From: a virus
Taxonomy: Duplodnaviria > Caudoviricetes
Length of the DNA stretch: 26,340 nucleotides
IMG/VR virus record: IMGVR_UViG_3300032247_000046
Location: 1 to 26,340 of that record
Reading direction: 5' to 3' (one strand)
Made by a program: the position numbers and the translations under genes
Shown: positions 1 to 9,440 of the stretch, one piece after another
Layout: the number at the start of each line of letters is the position of its first letter
Numbering within the stretch: the stretch's first letter is position 1
Notes under the pieces: generated by a model
What the model saw: only the letters and a program-made list of their open reading frames with translations
The model's database searches: none
Told to the model about the DNA's origin: nothing

Positions 1-38
1 CCCATTTCTTCACAAATGGGTTTGGGAAAAGGGGGGTG

Positions 39-52
39 TAGGGAATTCCCTA
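39..52. promoter_or_regulatory. Perfect 14-bp palindrome TAGGGAATTCCCTA upstream of terS (possible operator or packaging-related site)
   Basis: Exact inverted symmetry; follows a G6 run (31-36) and precedes a -10-like TAGTAT (57-62). Function is inferred. Confidence 0.4.
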
Positions 53-71
53 AATGTAGTATCATAGAACT

Positions 72-542
72 ATGAATAAAAAACCCTATGAACTTCATTT
101 GATTGATGGGACTAAAAGCGAAGTGCCAAACTTGGCAGTTTTGCCAGACACCATTAAAAAAAGAATCCCTGTAGCAGAGTGGATTGATAATCCTGATATT
201 TGGGACAAGAAAACTTTTATCAAAGAAACTGCAGAATTTTTACATGAAGTTTATGGAATTGGAAGCGACCAAGACAAAACAACTCTGGCTATGTTGGCAG
301 ACCAATTAGACACTTACATTCAATCTTACAAACTATTAGCCACAGATAATTTAGTGGTGGAAACAAACAATGGAAAGACACTAGCACCAAATCCATTAAT
401 AAGCATTAAGAACAATGCCTTAAAACTTTCTATTCAATTAATGAATGAGTTAGGATTAACTCCTAAAAGCAGATTAGCATCAAACAAGACAGAAGATAAT
501 TCTCCAGTTGCTCAATTTCTGAAAGGTGCTTTTGCACAATGA
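72..542 (+). CDS. terS: Terminase small subunit (P27-like family)
   Basis: 156 aa; C-terminal 'NPLISIKNNALKLSIQLMNELGLTPKSR' matches the P27-family NP...ELGLTP.SR motif; ATGA overlap with terL. Confidence 0.9.
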   Translation: MNKKPYELHLIDGTKSEVPNLAVLPDTIKKRIPVAEWIDNPDIWDKKTFIKETAEFLHEVYGIGSDQDKTTLAMLADQLDTYIQSYKLLATDNLVVETNNGKTLAPNPLISIKNNALKLSIQLMNELGLTPKSRLASNKTEDNSPVAQFLKGAFAQ

Positions 543-2203
543 AATGGGAAGATGGGATTATTTATGCCCAACAAGTTTGTAAGGGTGAAATAAATGTTTG
601 TCGTAATGTTACCTTGGCTTGTCAAAGATTTATCAATCAATTAGAAAATCAAGAATGGGAATGGCAATTTGACCATAGAGTACCTCAGCATATTTTAAGT
701 TTTGCATCTGCTTTAAAACATACCAAGGGTATGCAAGCAGGACAACCCATAGTATTAGAACCTTTCCAAATATTTTTCTTATGTGCTATTTATGGCTTTA
801 GACATAAGAAAGATAAGACCAAAAGAATGGTTACAGATGTAATACTTTATATTCCTAGAAAAGCAGGTAAATCTACACTTACTGCAATTATTGCTTTGTA
901 TGAATTACTTTGTGGAGAAGCAGGAGCAGAAGTATTTACTTTGGCTACTAATAGAGAACAGGCTACTATTGTATTTGATGCCAGTAAAGGATTTATAGAA
1001 TCCATGCCACAAGAGTTGGCTCAGTTGTTTCATGTAAGCAAATATCATATTGGCAAAGTTGGAGATAGCCAGACAATGTTTAAAGCATTGTCCAGAGATA
1101 CTAAAAAAACAGGTGATGGTAAAAATCCTTCATGTGTGATTATTGATGAAGCAAGCCAGATTATTGATAGAAATTCTATAGAGGTCTTACATTCTGGAAT
1201 GGTAGCCAGAAAGAATCCATTAAGAATTTATATTACTACTGCATCATTTTCTAAAGATACAAAATATTATGAAGATATGAGTATGCTTGAAAATATGCTT
1301 ACTGGTGAAGCAACTGATAATCCTAAATGGTTTGGTCTATTATATGGACTTGACCCACAAGATGATTGGAGAAATCCAGAGGTCTGGGCAAAGGCTAATC
1401 CCATGCATGGCATATCAGTATTTCAGGATGCTATTGCTCAAAGAGCAGAAGAAGCCAAACATAAACCTGCAACTCTTAATGAATTTCTTTGCAAGACCCT
1501 TAATATATTTGTTTCTAGTAATAGTGCTTGGATTGATAGAGAACCTTGGGATAAATCTATCATAGTAGAAAATAATAGAGAACCTGAATCTGTTTATATA
1601 GGTTTTGATTTGGCTTCAACAAGGGATTTAAATGCAGTATGTACTTTAAAAAGATTTGATGAAGATGATTATGAAGTTGAGTTTAAATTTTTCTTGCCAG
1701 AAGCAGGTTATGAATTAATTCCTAAACATTATCAAGATATATTTAGAAATGCTATTAATTCTGGTATTTTAAAATTAACTGAAGGTAATGTGATGGATGA
1801 TAGAGAAATATCACAATATATATTTCAACAATGGGAAAAATATCCTAATATAAAAGAAGTTGGATATGATGCATATAATGCCAGTAGTCTAGTAGCCAGA
1901 TTGCATGATGGTGGTTTACCTGTAAAAAAAGTAGGGCAAGGTATGGCAATATTATCTAATCCATCTAAATATGTAGAAAAATTAATACTTAATCAACAGA
2001 TTAAACATGATGGAAATCCATTCTTGGGATGGCAATTAGGTAATTGTGAATGTTATGAAGATGTCAATGGCAATATTAAAATTAGAAAGAATGAAGCAGA
2101 TAAATCTGCAAAAGTTGATGGAATTATATCTATGATAATAGCCATGCATTGCAGTTTAGATAATCCATCTATATCAAATAGTTTTGGTTTTAGAAGTTTT
2201 TGA
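539..2203 (+). CDS. terL: Terminase large subunit (Terminase_1 type)
   Basis: 554 aa; LEPFQ adenine-binding motif, Walker A IPRKAGKST, Walker B VIIDE, ITTA motif III, nuclease GFDLASTRDL and KVDG. Confidence 0.97.
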   Translation: MKWEDGIIYAQQVCKGEINVCRNVTLACQRFINQLENQEWEWQFDHRVPQHILSFASALKHTKGMQAGQPIVLEPFQIFFLCAIYGFRHKKDKTKRMVTDVILYIPRKAGKSTLTAIIALYELLCGEAGAEVFTLATNREQATIVFDASKGFIESMPQELAQLFHVSKYHIGKVGDSQTMFKALSRDTKKTGDGKNPSCVIIDEASQIIDRNSIEVLHSGMVARKNPLRIYITTASFSKDTKYYEDMSMLENMLTGEATDNPKWFGLLYGLDPQDDWRNPEVWAKANPMHGISVFQDAIAQRAEEAKHKPATLNEFLCKTLNIFVSSNSAWIDREPWDKSIIVENNREPESVYIGFDLASTRDLNAVCTLKRFDEDDYEVEFKFFLPEAGYELIPKHYQDIFRNAINSGILKLTEGNVMDDREISQYIFQQWEKYPNIKEVGYDAYNASSLVARLHDGGLPVKKVGQGMAILSNPSKYVEKLILNQQIKHDGNPFLGWQLGNCECYEDVNGNIKIRKNEADKSAKVDGIISMIIAMHCSLDNPSISNSFGFRSF

Positions 2204-2234
2204 TGTAAAATTAATTAACTTCTAGGAGAAAATC

Positions 2235-3632
2235 ATGGGAATATTAGACATTTTCAGTAAGAATAAAACAACAAAAAATGAATCTAATTCTTTATTTGGT
2301 CAGCAACAATTAGGAAACCAAGTTGCACTTCAAGGTAATAAAGGTTCTTTTGTTGGCAATAATCAACTTTTATATGTAACTACTGCAAGTGAAACACAAG
2401 CAGGTAGAACAGTTAATGTATCTGTACTATCACAAAACTCTACAGTTATGACCTGTGTAGCAATTAAAGCCAGAGCATTAGCACAATGTAGTGTAAATGT
2501 TATGTATAAAACAGAGGATGGAACTTTTGTTGATGCTTTAAAATCTGATAAAGCAGGAATGAGAGATAAAAATAAAGCCAGACAAGTTTTATCTTTATTG
2601 CAAAATCCAAATAATTTTCAAAGCCAATATGAATTTTTTTATCAGTTATCACAATGGTTAGATTTAACTGGTGAAACTTATACATTGCTTTGGAGAAAAG
2701 ACCAGACTAATCCTAGTTTGACACCAATAGAAGCATACAATTTAGATAGCACTTTAATCACTTCTCAATTAACTCCATTAAGATACCCTTCCTATAGACT
2801 AAGTACCAGTAGTTATGGCTTTAATGAAAATCAACCATTAGAACCATTTCAAGTAATTCATTTAATGGATATGTCATGGCAAGGTTCTGCAGGTTTTAAC
2901 AAAGGTATATTGGCTACAGAATTAGTAGCATTAGACCAAGATATAGATTTATATGCCAACTTTGTTATGCAAAATGGTGCTAAACCATCTGGATTATTTA
3001 GAACAGACCAAGTAATTCCTGATGCTAAATATAAAGAAGTAGCAGGAAGGTTAAAAGAAGCATGGGCAAATATGACTAATAGCAGACCTTCTGATTTGTC
3101 TAAAGCAGGTCAAGGTATGTTATTAGACCAAGGTATGACTTATGAAACAGTACCTATTTTAAATCTACAAGATGCTGATTGTGCCAAATTAAAAGAACAA
3201 ACAATTAATAGAATTTGTGCTTTATTTGGTGTGCCACCACAAATGTTAGGATTAACTGCAGGAAAATTTAATAATACTCAAACATTATTAGATGAATTTT
3301 ATAAAACAACTATGTATCCTACTATTATAAATATTGAACAAAAACTTAATATGAGTTTATTAAAGGGCTATCCTAATTTATGTATTCGATTTGATACAAA
3401 AGATTTTTTAAAAGGTGCTTCTTTAGACCAAATGAATTTTGTAGTAGCAGGTATTAATGCAGGAATTATGACACCTAATGAAGCAAGAGTTTATTTAAAT
3501 ATACCTAAAATAGAAGGTGGTGATGAATTAGGTGGTAAGTTGGCAGATTCACAAGCAGTAGGGGGAACTAGTCCACAAGATACTGGTGGTGGTGGTGGAA
3601 ATCAAACTAGGAAAATGAATATTGGAAAATAG
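2235..3632 (+). CDS. Portal protein, HK97 family
   Basis: 465 aa; LLQNPNNFQS, NGAKPSG, ICALFGVPPQMLG, GIMTPNEAR motifs; RBS AGGAG ~2224; follows terL. Confidence 0.95.
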   Translation: MGILDIFSKNKTTKNESNSLFGQQQLGNQVALQGNKGSFVGNNQLLYVTTASETQAGRTVNVSVLSQNSTVMTCVAIKARALAQCSVNVMYKTEDGTFVDALKSDKAGMRDKNKARQVLSLLQNPNNFQSQYEFFYQLSQWLDLTGETYTLLWRKDQTNPSLTPIEAYNLDSTLITSQLTPLRYPSYRLSTSSYGFNENQPLEPFQVIHLMDMSWQGSAGFNKGILATELVALDQDIDLYANFVMQNGAKPSGLFRTDQVIPDAKYKEVAGRLKEAWANMTNSRPSDLSKAGQGMLLDQGMTYETVPILNLQDADCAKLKEQTINRICALFGVPPQMLGLTAGKFNNTQTLLDEFYKTTMYPTIINIEQKLNMSLLKGYPNLCIRFDTKDFLKGASLDQMNFVVAGINAGIMTPNEARVYLNIPKIEGGDELGGKLADSQAVGGTSPQDTGGGGGNQTRKMNIGK

Positions 3633-3789
3633 TTTATTAAAAAAAATAAATGATGTATTATTTAACCAAATAAAAAAAGTTAGTGTTAAACTACCTTTGA
3701 AAGAAGAAAATACCCCTATAATACAAGATAACAATCAAGCGATTAATAATGGGGTTATAAATGAAACAAAACCTAAATCTAATTTGTGA
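3622..3789 (+). CDS. Possible 55-aa hypothetical ORF spanning the portal-protease gap (TTG start)
   Basis: Open frame LENSLLKKINDVLFNQIKKVSVKLPLKEENTPIIQDNNQAINNGVINETKPKSNL* read manually; overlaps both neighbours; no obvious RBS. Confidence 0.3.
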   Translation: MENSLLKKINDVLFNQIKKVSVKLPLKEENTPIIQDNNQAINNGVINETKPKSNL

Positions 3790-4555
3790 AGCAGAAATTA
3801 CCCTTGGCAAAATGATGGATGAAAATCAATCTCCATCTGGATTAATAGAAGCCAAAGTAACAACTTTTGGAAAAAGAATTGGTGCAGATGGTCGCAAATT
3901 CTTTTACAAGCCAGAAGGTTTTGCTCAATGGGCAGATGAATTTTCTACATCTGGAAAACCCTTACCAATGTTTCTAAATCATAATGATATGGGGATGCCA
4001 GTTGGTCAATGGGATGAATTTATGATGGAAAATGATGGAATGAGTGCCAAAGGTAGGATTTACATGAATACTGTAGGTGGCTCTGATTTATATTCAATTC
4101 TAAAAGAATCTCCAAAAATGTTTGGTGGAGTTTCTGTAGGTGCTTATGCAGATGAAGCGTGTATGGTAGATGAAAATGGTATGCCTACAGATGATGAAGA
4201 AGAAGGTTATTTTCAAATTACTAAAGGTGGATTGCGTGAAGTATCTGTAGTTATGTATCCAAATAATCCTAATGCTGAAATTCAAAAACTAGAATATTTT
4301 GATGAGGATGGCAAAGCCAATCCTAGAATAATTGAGAGAACTTTGCGTGATGCAGGGCTATCAAAAAAAGATGCAACCACAGCATCTTCAATTCTTAAAA
4401 AAGTTTTGGAATTGCGTGATGTAAAACCAGAATTAATTAAGAAAGACCCAGAACATTGTGAAAATGATGCTGTGGTAAAAACTGAAGCCCAAGATATTCT
4501 TAAAGCCCTAGAGGAAAGAGAATTATTAAAGGCATTATCTAAACGCATCAAATAA
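3761..4555 (+). CDS. Prohead maturation protease (HK97 gp4 / peptidase S78-like)
   Basis: 264 aa; PMFLNHN (catalytic His), GVSVG (catalytic Ser), LREVSVVMYPNNPNA; C-terminal 'ERTLRDAGLSKKDA' extension. Confidence 0.93.
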   Translation: MKQNLNLICEAEITLGKMMDENQSPSGLIEAKVTTFGKRIGADGRKFFYKPEGFAQWADEFSTSGKPLPMFLNHNDMGMPVGQWDEFMMENDGMSAKGRIYMNTVGGSDLYSILKESPKMFGGVSVGAYADEACMVDENGMPTDDEEEGYFQITKGGLREVSVVMYPNNPNAEIQKLEYFDEDGKANPRIIERTLRDAGLSKKDATTASSILKKVLELRDVKPELIKKDPEHCENDAVVKTEAQDILKALEERELLKALSKRIK

Positions 4556-4567
4556 GGAGTATTAAAA

Positions 4568-5917
4568 ATGAAAGAAGTTATTGAAAAATTAGATACGATT
4601 GAAGCCCAACAAGTTGCTAAAATCGAAGAAATGAAAGCAGAAGTTGCTATTACTGTGGAATCTGTTAAAGCAGAATTTGCAGAAAAAGTAGAAGCATTAG
4701 AAGCAAAATTAGCATCTGTTCAAGCACCTGCAACTATTAAAACTTATAAATCTTTATCACAAGAAGTTAATCGTAATGTTAAAGAACAGTTGAAAAACTT
4801 TTATAAGTCTGATGCTCGTACAGAAAAAGAAATTAAATTGTTTGAATCTGATGACCAATATTCAGCATATATGCAAGAAACTGGTTCACAGTTGGGTAAT
4901 CCTGCAGGTTATGGTTCTGGTTACAATGTTGGTGGTCGTACAGGATATGACCCTGTATTTGTAGCATTGCGTCAAACTAATCCTTTGCGTGGTGTTTCTC
5001 GTACAGTTTCTACAGATGGTTCTGCATATCAACTAAGACAAAAAGTTGGAAATGCAGGTGCTCAATGGTGTTATGCAATTCAAAATAATGGTGCTCCAAC
5101 AACTCAAGACACTTTAATTTGGCAGTTAATTTTGCGTGATTTAAATTGTGCTTTTCCTGTTAGAACTGCAACATTAGATGATATTGATGGTTTGGAAAGC
5201 AACATTGTTCAAGATATGATGGCAGAATTTTCACAAGTTGAAGGTTTAGCCATGATTCGCAACAATGACCAAAGCAACTCTGCTCCTTATGATGCTACTG
5301 GTGGTACTAATGGTATTCGTGGATTAAATCAATATGGTTATGCAAGCACTTATGCAGGTGGTACTGTTCATCCAGTAGTATATGGTTCAACTGGTGTAGC
5401 AACTACTGATGGTCTTTCACAAATTGCAACTTATGACCAAATTACTACTAATGGTAATGATACTGCAGTAAATAATGTAACTTATCAAGATATTATTAAT
5501 TTGATTTATAGTTTGCCTACACAATACTGGAATCCATCAACTGCTTTCTTAGTAAGTCCAATTCAACTTCAAGCAATTCGAGGTTTAAGAGATGACCAAC
5601 AAAGACCTATTTATGTTGATGGTTTGGCTAGACCTGATGGTATTATTGGACAATTATTAGGATTTGATGTAGTTGTTAATCAATTCTGTGATACACCTAA
5701 TTATGCAGGTCAAAATAAAGCAAACTTATATCCAATGTATTTTGGTGATTGGAATAGGGGTCATGTGATTATTGATAGGTTAAATATGATTTTGCGTAGA
5801 TATGAACAAACACAAGTTGGTTTTATAACTTTCTATGGTGAAAAGCGTCTAGCATCATCTATCCATGATGCAAATGCTATTGTTGCATATCGTAGTACAC
5901 ATACTGCTAATACCTAA
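4568..5917 (+). CDS. Major capsid protein, HK97 fold, with N-terminal coiled-coil scaffold (delta) domain
   Basis: 449 aa; ~100-aa E/K/A-rich N-terminus; 'IRGLRDDQQRPIY', 'GQLLGFDVVVN', 'FGDW', 'VGFITFYGEKR' motifs; strong RBS AAGGAG at 4554. Confidence 0.93.
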   Translation: MKEVIEKLDTIEAQQVAKIEEMKAEVAITVESVKAEFAEKVEALEAKLASVQAPATIKTYKSLSQEVNRNVKEQLKNFYKSDARTEKEIKLFESDDQYSAYMQETGSQLGNPAGYGSGYNVGGRTGYDPVFVALRQTNPLRGVSRTVSTDGSAYQLRQKVGNAGAQWCYAIQNNGAPTTQDTLIWQLILRDLNCAFPVRTATLDDIDGLESNIVQDMMAEFSQVEGLAMIRNNDQSNSAPYDATGGTNGIRGLNQYGYASTYAGGTVHPVVYGSTGVATTDGLSQIATYDQITTNGNDTAVNNVTYQDIINLIYSLPTQYWNPSTAFLVSPIQLQAIRGLRDDQQRPIYVDGLARPDGIIGQLLGFDVVVNQFCDTPNYAGQNKANLYPMYFGDWNRGHVIIDRLNMILRRYEQTQVGFITFYGEKRLASSIHDANAIVAYRSTHTANT

Positions 5918-5950
5918 AAGGGATGGGAGAGAAATCTCCCACCTTTTTTT
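5918..5950 (+). terminator. Rho-independent terminator between the two capsid genes
   Basis: Stem TGGGAGA-GAAA-TCTCCCA (5924-5941), extendable by GG/CC, followed by T7. Confidence 0.85.
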
Positions 5951-5973
5951 AAACTTATTTGGAATAAATATAT

Positions 5974-7215
5974 ATGGCAAACTTAATTCTTGAAGCAGTA
6001 AAACAAGCCATTAAAGATGGCGAAGCAACAGTAAATTTAAAAGAAGCAAGTGCCCTTACTGGCTCTGGTTCTGGAATAGGTGGTCGTATAATTTATGATG
6101 ATGCTTTTGCATCATTAAGGATGCTTAATCCTATTCGTGCTTTATCAAGACAAATTACTACTATAGGTTCAGATGAAGCCTTTGTAGCAAAAACAGGTAA
6201 CATTACTAATATTCAAAATGGTGCAGTTGTAACTGGTTCTATTACAGGTACAACTTTAACTGTAACTGCAGTAACAAGTGGAACTTTACGAGTTGGACAA
6301 ACTTTATCTGGAACAGGAATTAATGCAGGTACTTATATTAGTGCATTAGGTACTGGAACAGGTGGTACTGGTAACTATACAGTTGTAGGTGATACATCTG
6401 CATCATCTACTACTATTACTGCTAGTGGAAACCCATGGGAATATTATCCAATTAATAATAATAATGCAAATATTGGATACAATACTGCATTTTGGCAATT
6501 ACCTGTTAGAGCAATGCAAGCAGGTGTGCCCATTAGAACTGCAGTTTTATCTGATATAAATAATTTAGAACAATCTATTGTTAATGACATTGCAATGGAA
6601 TTTGCTCAACAAGAAGCATTATCTATGATGTTTAATAATGACCAAGCAGGTTCTACTACAGGTTATTATGGTGCAACTTTAGGATTGCGTGGATTAAATA
6701 GTTATCCTAATTCTACTTCTAGTGCTTCTTTTGGTTCAAGTGGTAATGCAATTACTAATGGATTACATACAGTTTTAGCAGTACAAGCAGAATCTTCTTC
6801 AGCAATTTCTTATAATGATATTGCTAATCTTGCAGGTGCTTTACCTGCTCAATATTGGTGTACTCCTACTACTGCATGGATGATGCATCCAACAACTATT
6901 AAAAATCTTAGAGAATTAACTGGTGGTGCAACTGGTTTACCAGTATTTTTAGAAGTTGGTGATGTTGATGGTGGTTCTGTTACTAGAATTTTTGGATTTC
7001 CAGTAATTCCTAATCCATATATGAGTGTGGCAGGTTCAGGAAATTATCCAATATATTTGGCTTCTTGGGATAATTTTGTAACTATAGCAGATAATGAATT
7101 AATGAAAATTCAAATGTTTGAACAAACTGCAGTTGGTTATGTAACAATTTTTGCTGAAAAAAGAGTTTGCTCTACCATTCGTGATGTATTTGCAGGTGTA
7201 AGATTGGTGAACTAA
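5974..7215 (+). CDS. Second HK97-fold capsid protein (paralogue), lacking the scaffold domain, with an inserted Thr/Gly-rich domain
   Basis: 413 aa; aligns by eye with 4568-5917 (GGR..YD..F..LR..NP.R..SR; P.RTA.L.DI..LE..IV.D...EF.Q.E...M..NNDQ; G.RGLN.Y; VG..T...EKR). Confidence 0.88.
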   Translation: MANLILEAVKQAIKDGEATVNLKEASALTGSGSGIGGRIIYDDAFASLRMLNPIRALSRQITTIGSDEAFVAKTGNITNIQNGAVVTGSITGTTLTVTAVTSGTLRVGQTLSGTGINAGTYISALGTGTGGTGNYTVVGDTSASSTTITASGNPWEYYPINNNNANIGYNTAFWQLPVRAMQAGVPIRTAVLSDINNLEQSIVNDIAMEFAQQEALSMMFNNDQAGSTTGYYGATLGLRGLNSYPNSTSSASFGSSGNAITNGLHTVLAVQAESSSAISYNDIANLAGALPAQYWCTPTTAWMMHPTTIKNLRELTGGATGLPVFLEVGDVDGGSVTRIFGFPVIPNPYMSVAGSGNYPIYLASWDNFVTIADNELMKIQMFEQTAVGYVTIFAEKRVCSTIRDVFAGVRLVN

Positions 7216-7217
7216 TA

Positions 7218-7886
7218 ATGCCAGTTAATAATCTTGCTACAGGAACTTATCTAGGTGCAACTGGTAATCCTTGGAGTTATCAAAAAGTTGAGCAGATTGA
7301 TAGAGATATTGAAACTCAATGGCTTACTTTAGAGGAAATTACTCAGCAATTAAATTTAATTGATGATGAATCACAAGATACATATCTAAGTAGCCTTGAA
7401 TTAGCCACTAGGATGGCTATTGAAGATTATTTGGGTATGTCTATATTGCCTGTACAGTATCGTGTTTACTATGGTGCTTCTAATCAATCTATGGGGATGC
7501 AAACATCTTTAGATTTGCCAGAAGTATCACAAGATACAAATAGTACATTAGGAGTAACTATTAATACTCTAAAATATTATAATAATGACCAATTACCAAC
7601 ATTAATAACTATTGATGATACTCAATATTTTTATGACCCTACAGGAAATAAAGTAGTCATTAATACATTGCCAAATGATATTAATACAATTATGACTAGT
7701 CCAGTTGTATTAACTTATTCATTAAATTCTAATCCCATAGGTGCTTATCCTGTGATTAAACAAGCAGGATTATTACTATTAACTCATTTATACAATAATA
7801 GAAGTGATACTATTGAAGGAAGATTAAACAACATTCCTTTTGGAGTATCTCAATTACTCAGACCATATAAACCTTTGGTGATGTAA
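7218..7886 (+). CDS. Head-tail connector (HK97 gp6 / SPP1 gp15-like)
   Basis: 222 aa; 'LTLEEITQQLNL.DDE.QD.YL..L..A....IEDYLG' and 'IKQAGLLLLTHLYNNR...IPFGVSQLLRPYK'. Confidence 0.88.
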   Translation: MPVNNLATGTYLGATGNPWSYQKVEQIDRDIETQWLTLEEITQQLNLIDDESQDTYLSSLELATRMAIEDYLGMSILPVQYRVYYGASNQSMGMQTSLDLPEVSQDTNSTLGVTINTLKYYNNDQLPTLITIDDTQYFYDPTGNKVVINTLPNDINTIMTSPVVLTYSLNSNPIGAYPVIKQAGLLLLTHLYNNRSDTIEGRLNNIPFGVSQLLRPYKPLVM

Positions 7887-8231
7887 ATGTCTATTACAAG
7901 ATATGAAAATATAGATATTAATAATGTAACTAATAGCAAAAATTCTATTGGTGAACAAACAACCACTATTACAAAATGGTTTACTACTAGAGCATTAGTA
8001 AAAACCCCAAAAAATAGTTTAACTATTACTAATGGCACAAGGATATATTCAGATATTTTAGAATTAACTTTAAACTATACTGCTAATACTAAACAAATAT
8101 TTGAACAACAAAATCTATACTCAATTACTTATAAAGGTGTGAATTGGAGAATTGAGAATGTTCAAGAAACTAATGATAGGATGAAAGTGATATTTTCATG
8201 TTATCGTAATGACCCTACTGTACCTGTATGA
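7887..8231 (+). CDS. Head closure / head-tail adaptor (SPP1 gp16-like)
   Basis: 114 aa; size, synteny and 'ITYKGVNWRIENV' pattern. Confidence 0.75.
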   Translation: MSITRYENIDINNVTNSKNSIGEQTTTITKWFTTRALVKTPKNSLTITNGTRIYSDILELTLNYTANTKQIFEQQNLYSITYKGVNWRIENVQETNDRMKVIFSCYRNDPTVPV

Positions 8232-8650
8232 GTGTTCAACAAAATCCTTATCAGTATGCAGAAGCGATTGATTATCAGTTGTCTAGTATTGTAGACCCTG
8301 TACCAGTTTATGCTATGTTTAACAGGAATTGGGCTACAGAACAAAATTTTCTTACTTGGCAATTAAGAAATGTACATCAGCCTGTTTATACAGGACAAAC
8401 ACAAAATAATAAAGGTATTGATACTCCAGTATTTCAAATAAGTATTTTTACCAAAGATATGACAGATGCTTTTAATATTAGTAACACTATATTACAATCA
8501 TTGCATGGATATTCTGGAATGTTTGGTAATCCTTTAACAAGTGGATTTGTTATAGCCAAAGCAGATGTAGTATGGTTATATAATACATTTGATGATACAG
8601 TAGGTTTAAATCAAATAATCTTGGATTGCACATTATATATATCAACATAA
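8228..8650 (+). CDS. Tail completion/terminator protein (DUF3168-like)
   Basis: 140 aa; 'FQISIF', 'LHGYSG' patterns; immediately before the tail tube gene. Confidence 0.7.
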   Translation: MSVQQNPYQYAEAIDYQLSSIVDPVPVYAMFNRNWATEQNFLTWQLRNVHQPVYTGQTQNNKGIDTPVFQISIFTKDMTDAFNISNTILQSLHGYSGMFGNPLTSGFVIAKADVVWLYNTFDDTVGLNQIILDCTLYIST

Positions 8651-8689
8651 GATAATATTTATTAACTTTTATTTTAAGGAATTTTAAAA

Positions 8690-9211
8690 ATGGCACTAAT
8701 TAATAAAGTCTTAGCAGGATATACTGCAACCCTATGGATGCAAGAAGATTCAACTCCTACTCCATTAACTGTATCTCAATTATCATCATGGTTAAGTACA
8801 GAACCTATTATTGGTACATCTGCAGGTGGAACTGGTACAGGTGGTTTACAAGTGCCTGTGGAAAATATCCCTGCATTTGGTGCTGATGATGCAATGGCTT
8901 CATATTCTATTGCAGGTCAAAGAACTGGTGCAAAAATCACTACTCAAAATCAAGTTACTTCAATGACTGTAGTATGTCCTTGGAATCCTGCTGACCCTGC
9001 TCAGTTGCTTATTCGTGATGATGGCTACAATGGTTCTATTATCAGAACTTTTGTTGTAGCAGTTTATGATGGTGTTGATACAGTTGCTTATGCATTTAAT
9101 GCTATGGTAGGTGGTATGCAATGGGATATGGCTACTAATGCTGAAGGTAAATTTACATTTACTATTCATCCTATTGGCTCTAATTACTATGGATGGTCTA
9201 CTAATACTTAA
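8690..9211 (+). CDS. Major tail tube protein
   Basis: 173 aa, beta-rich; RBS AAGGA ~8676; synteny; WNPAD and terminal 'FTFTIHP' pattern. Confidence 0.7.
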   Translation: MALINKVLAGYTATLWMQEDSTPTPLTVSQLSSWLSTEPIIGTSAGGTGTGGLQVPVENIPAFGADDAMASYSIAGQRTGAKITTQNQVTSMTVVCPWNPADPAQLLIRDDGYNGSIIRTFVVAVYDGVDTVAYAFNAMVGGMQWDMATNAEGKFTFTIHPIGSNYYGWSTNT

Positions 9212-9215
9212 TAAT

Positions 9216-9440
9216 ATGACTACAATACAAAACAGTACAGACCTATTAGCCTTTATTATTACCCAAGCCAATTCTGGACATAAGAACTGGTTTGGGTTTC
9301 AAGAGCAAAAGATTGCAGGTATTAATACGGCTTATGAAATGGCTATTAATCATGCAGACAAAATGACACCAGATGAAATTGTGGATTATGTATTAAGATT
9401 AAATAATGCTATATTCCAAAAAATAATCAAAGGTGAATAA
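9216..9440 (+). CDS. Hypothetical protein (74 aa)
   Basis: ATG at 9216, just after the tail-tube stop, preferred over 9111 (which overlaps the upstream gene by ~100 nt). Confidence 0.7.
   Translation: MTTIQNSTDLLAFIITQANSGHKNWFGFQEQKIAGINTAYEMAINHADKMTPDEIVDYVLRLNNAIFQKIIKGE

Noticed and set aside
539-5917. Intein or intron in terminase, portal or capsid
   Set aside because: Lengths are normal for the families; no splicing or homing-endonuclease motifs seen
9111-9215. Upstream start of the 109-aa ORF (likewise 18432 for the 77-aa ORF)
   Set aside because: Overlaps the preceding gene; downstream ATGs at 9216 and 18450 fit spacing/RBS better
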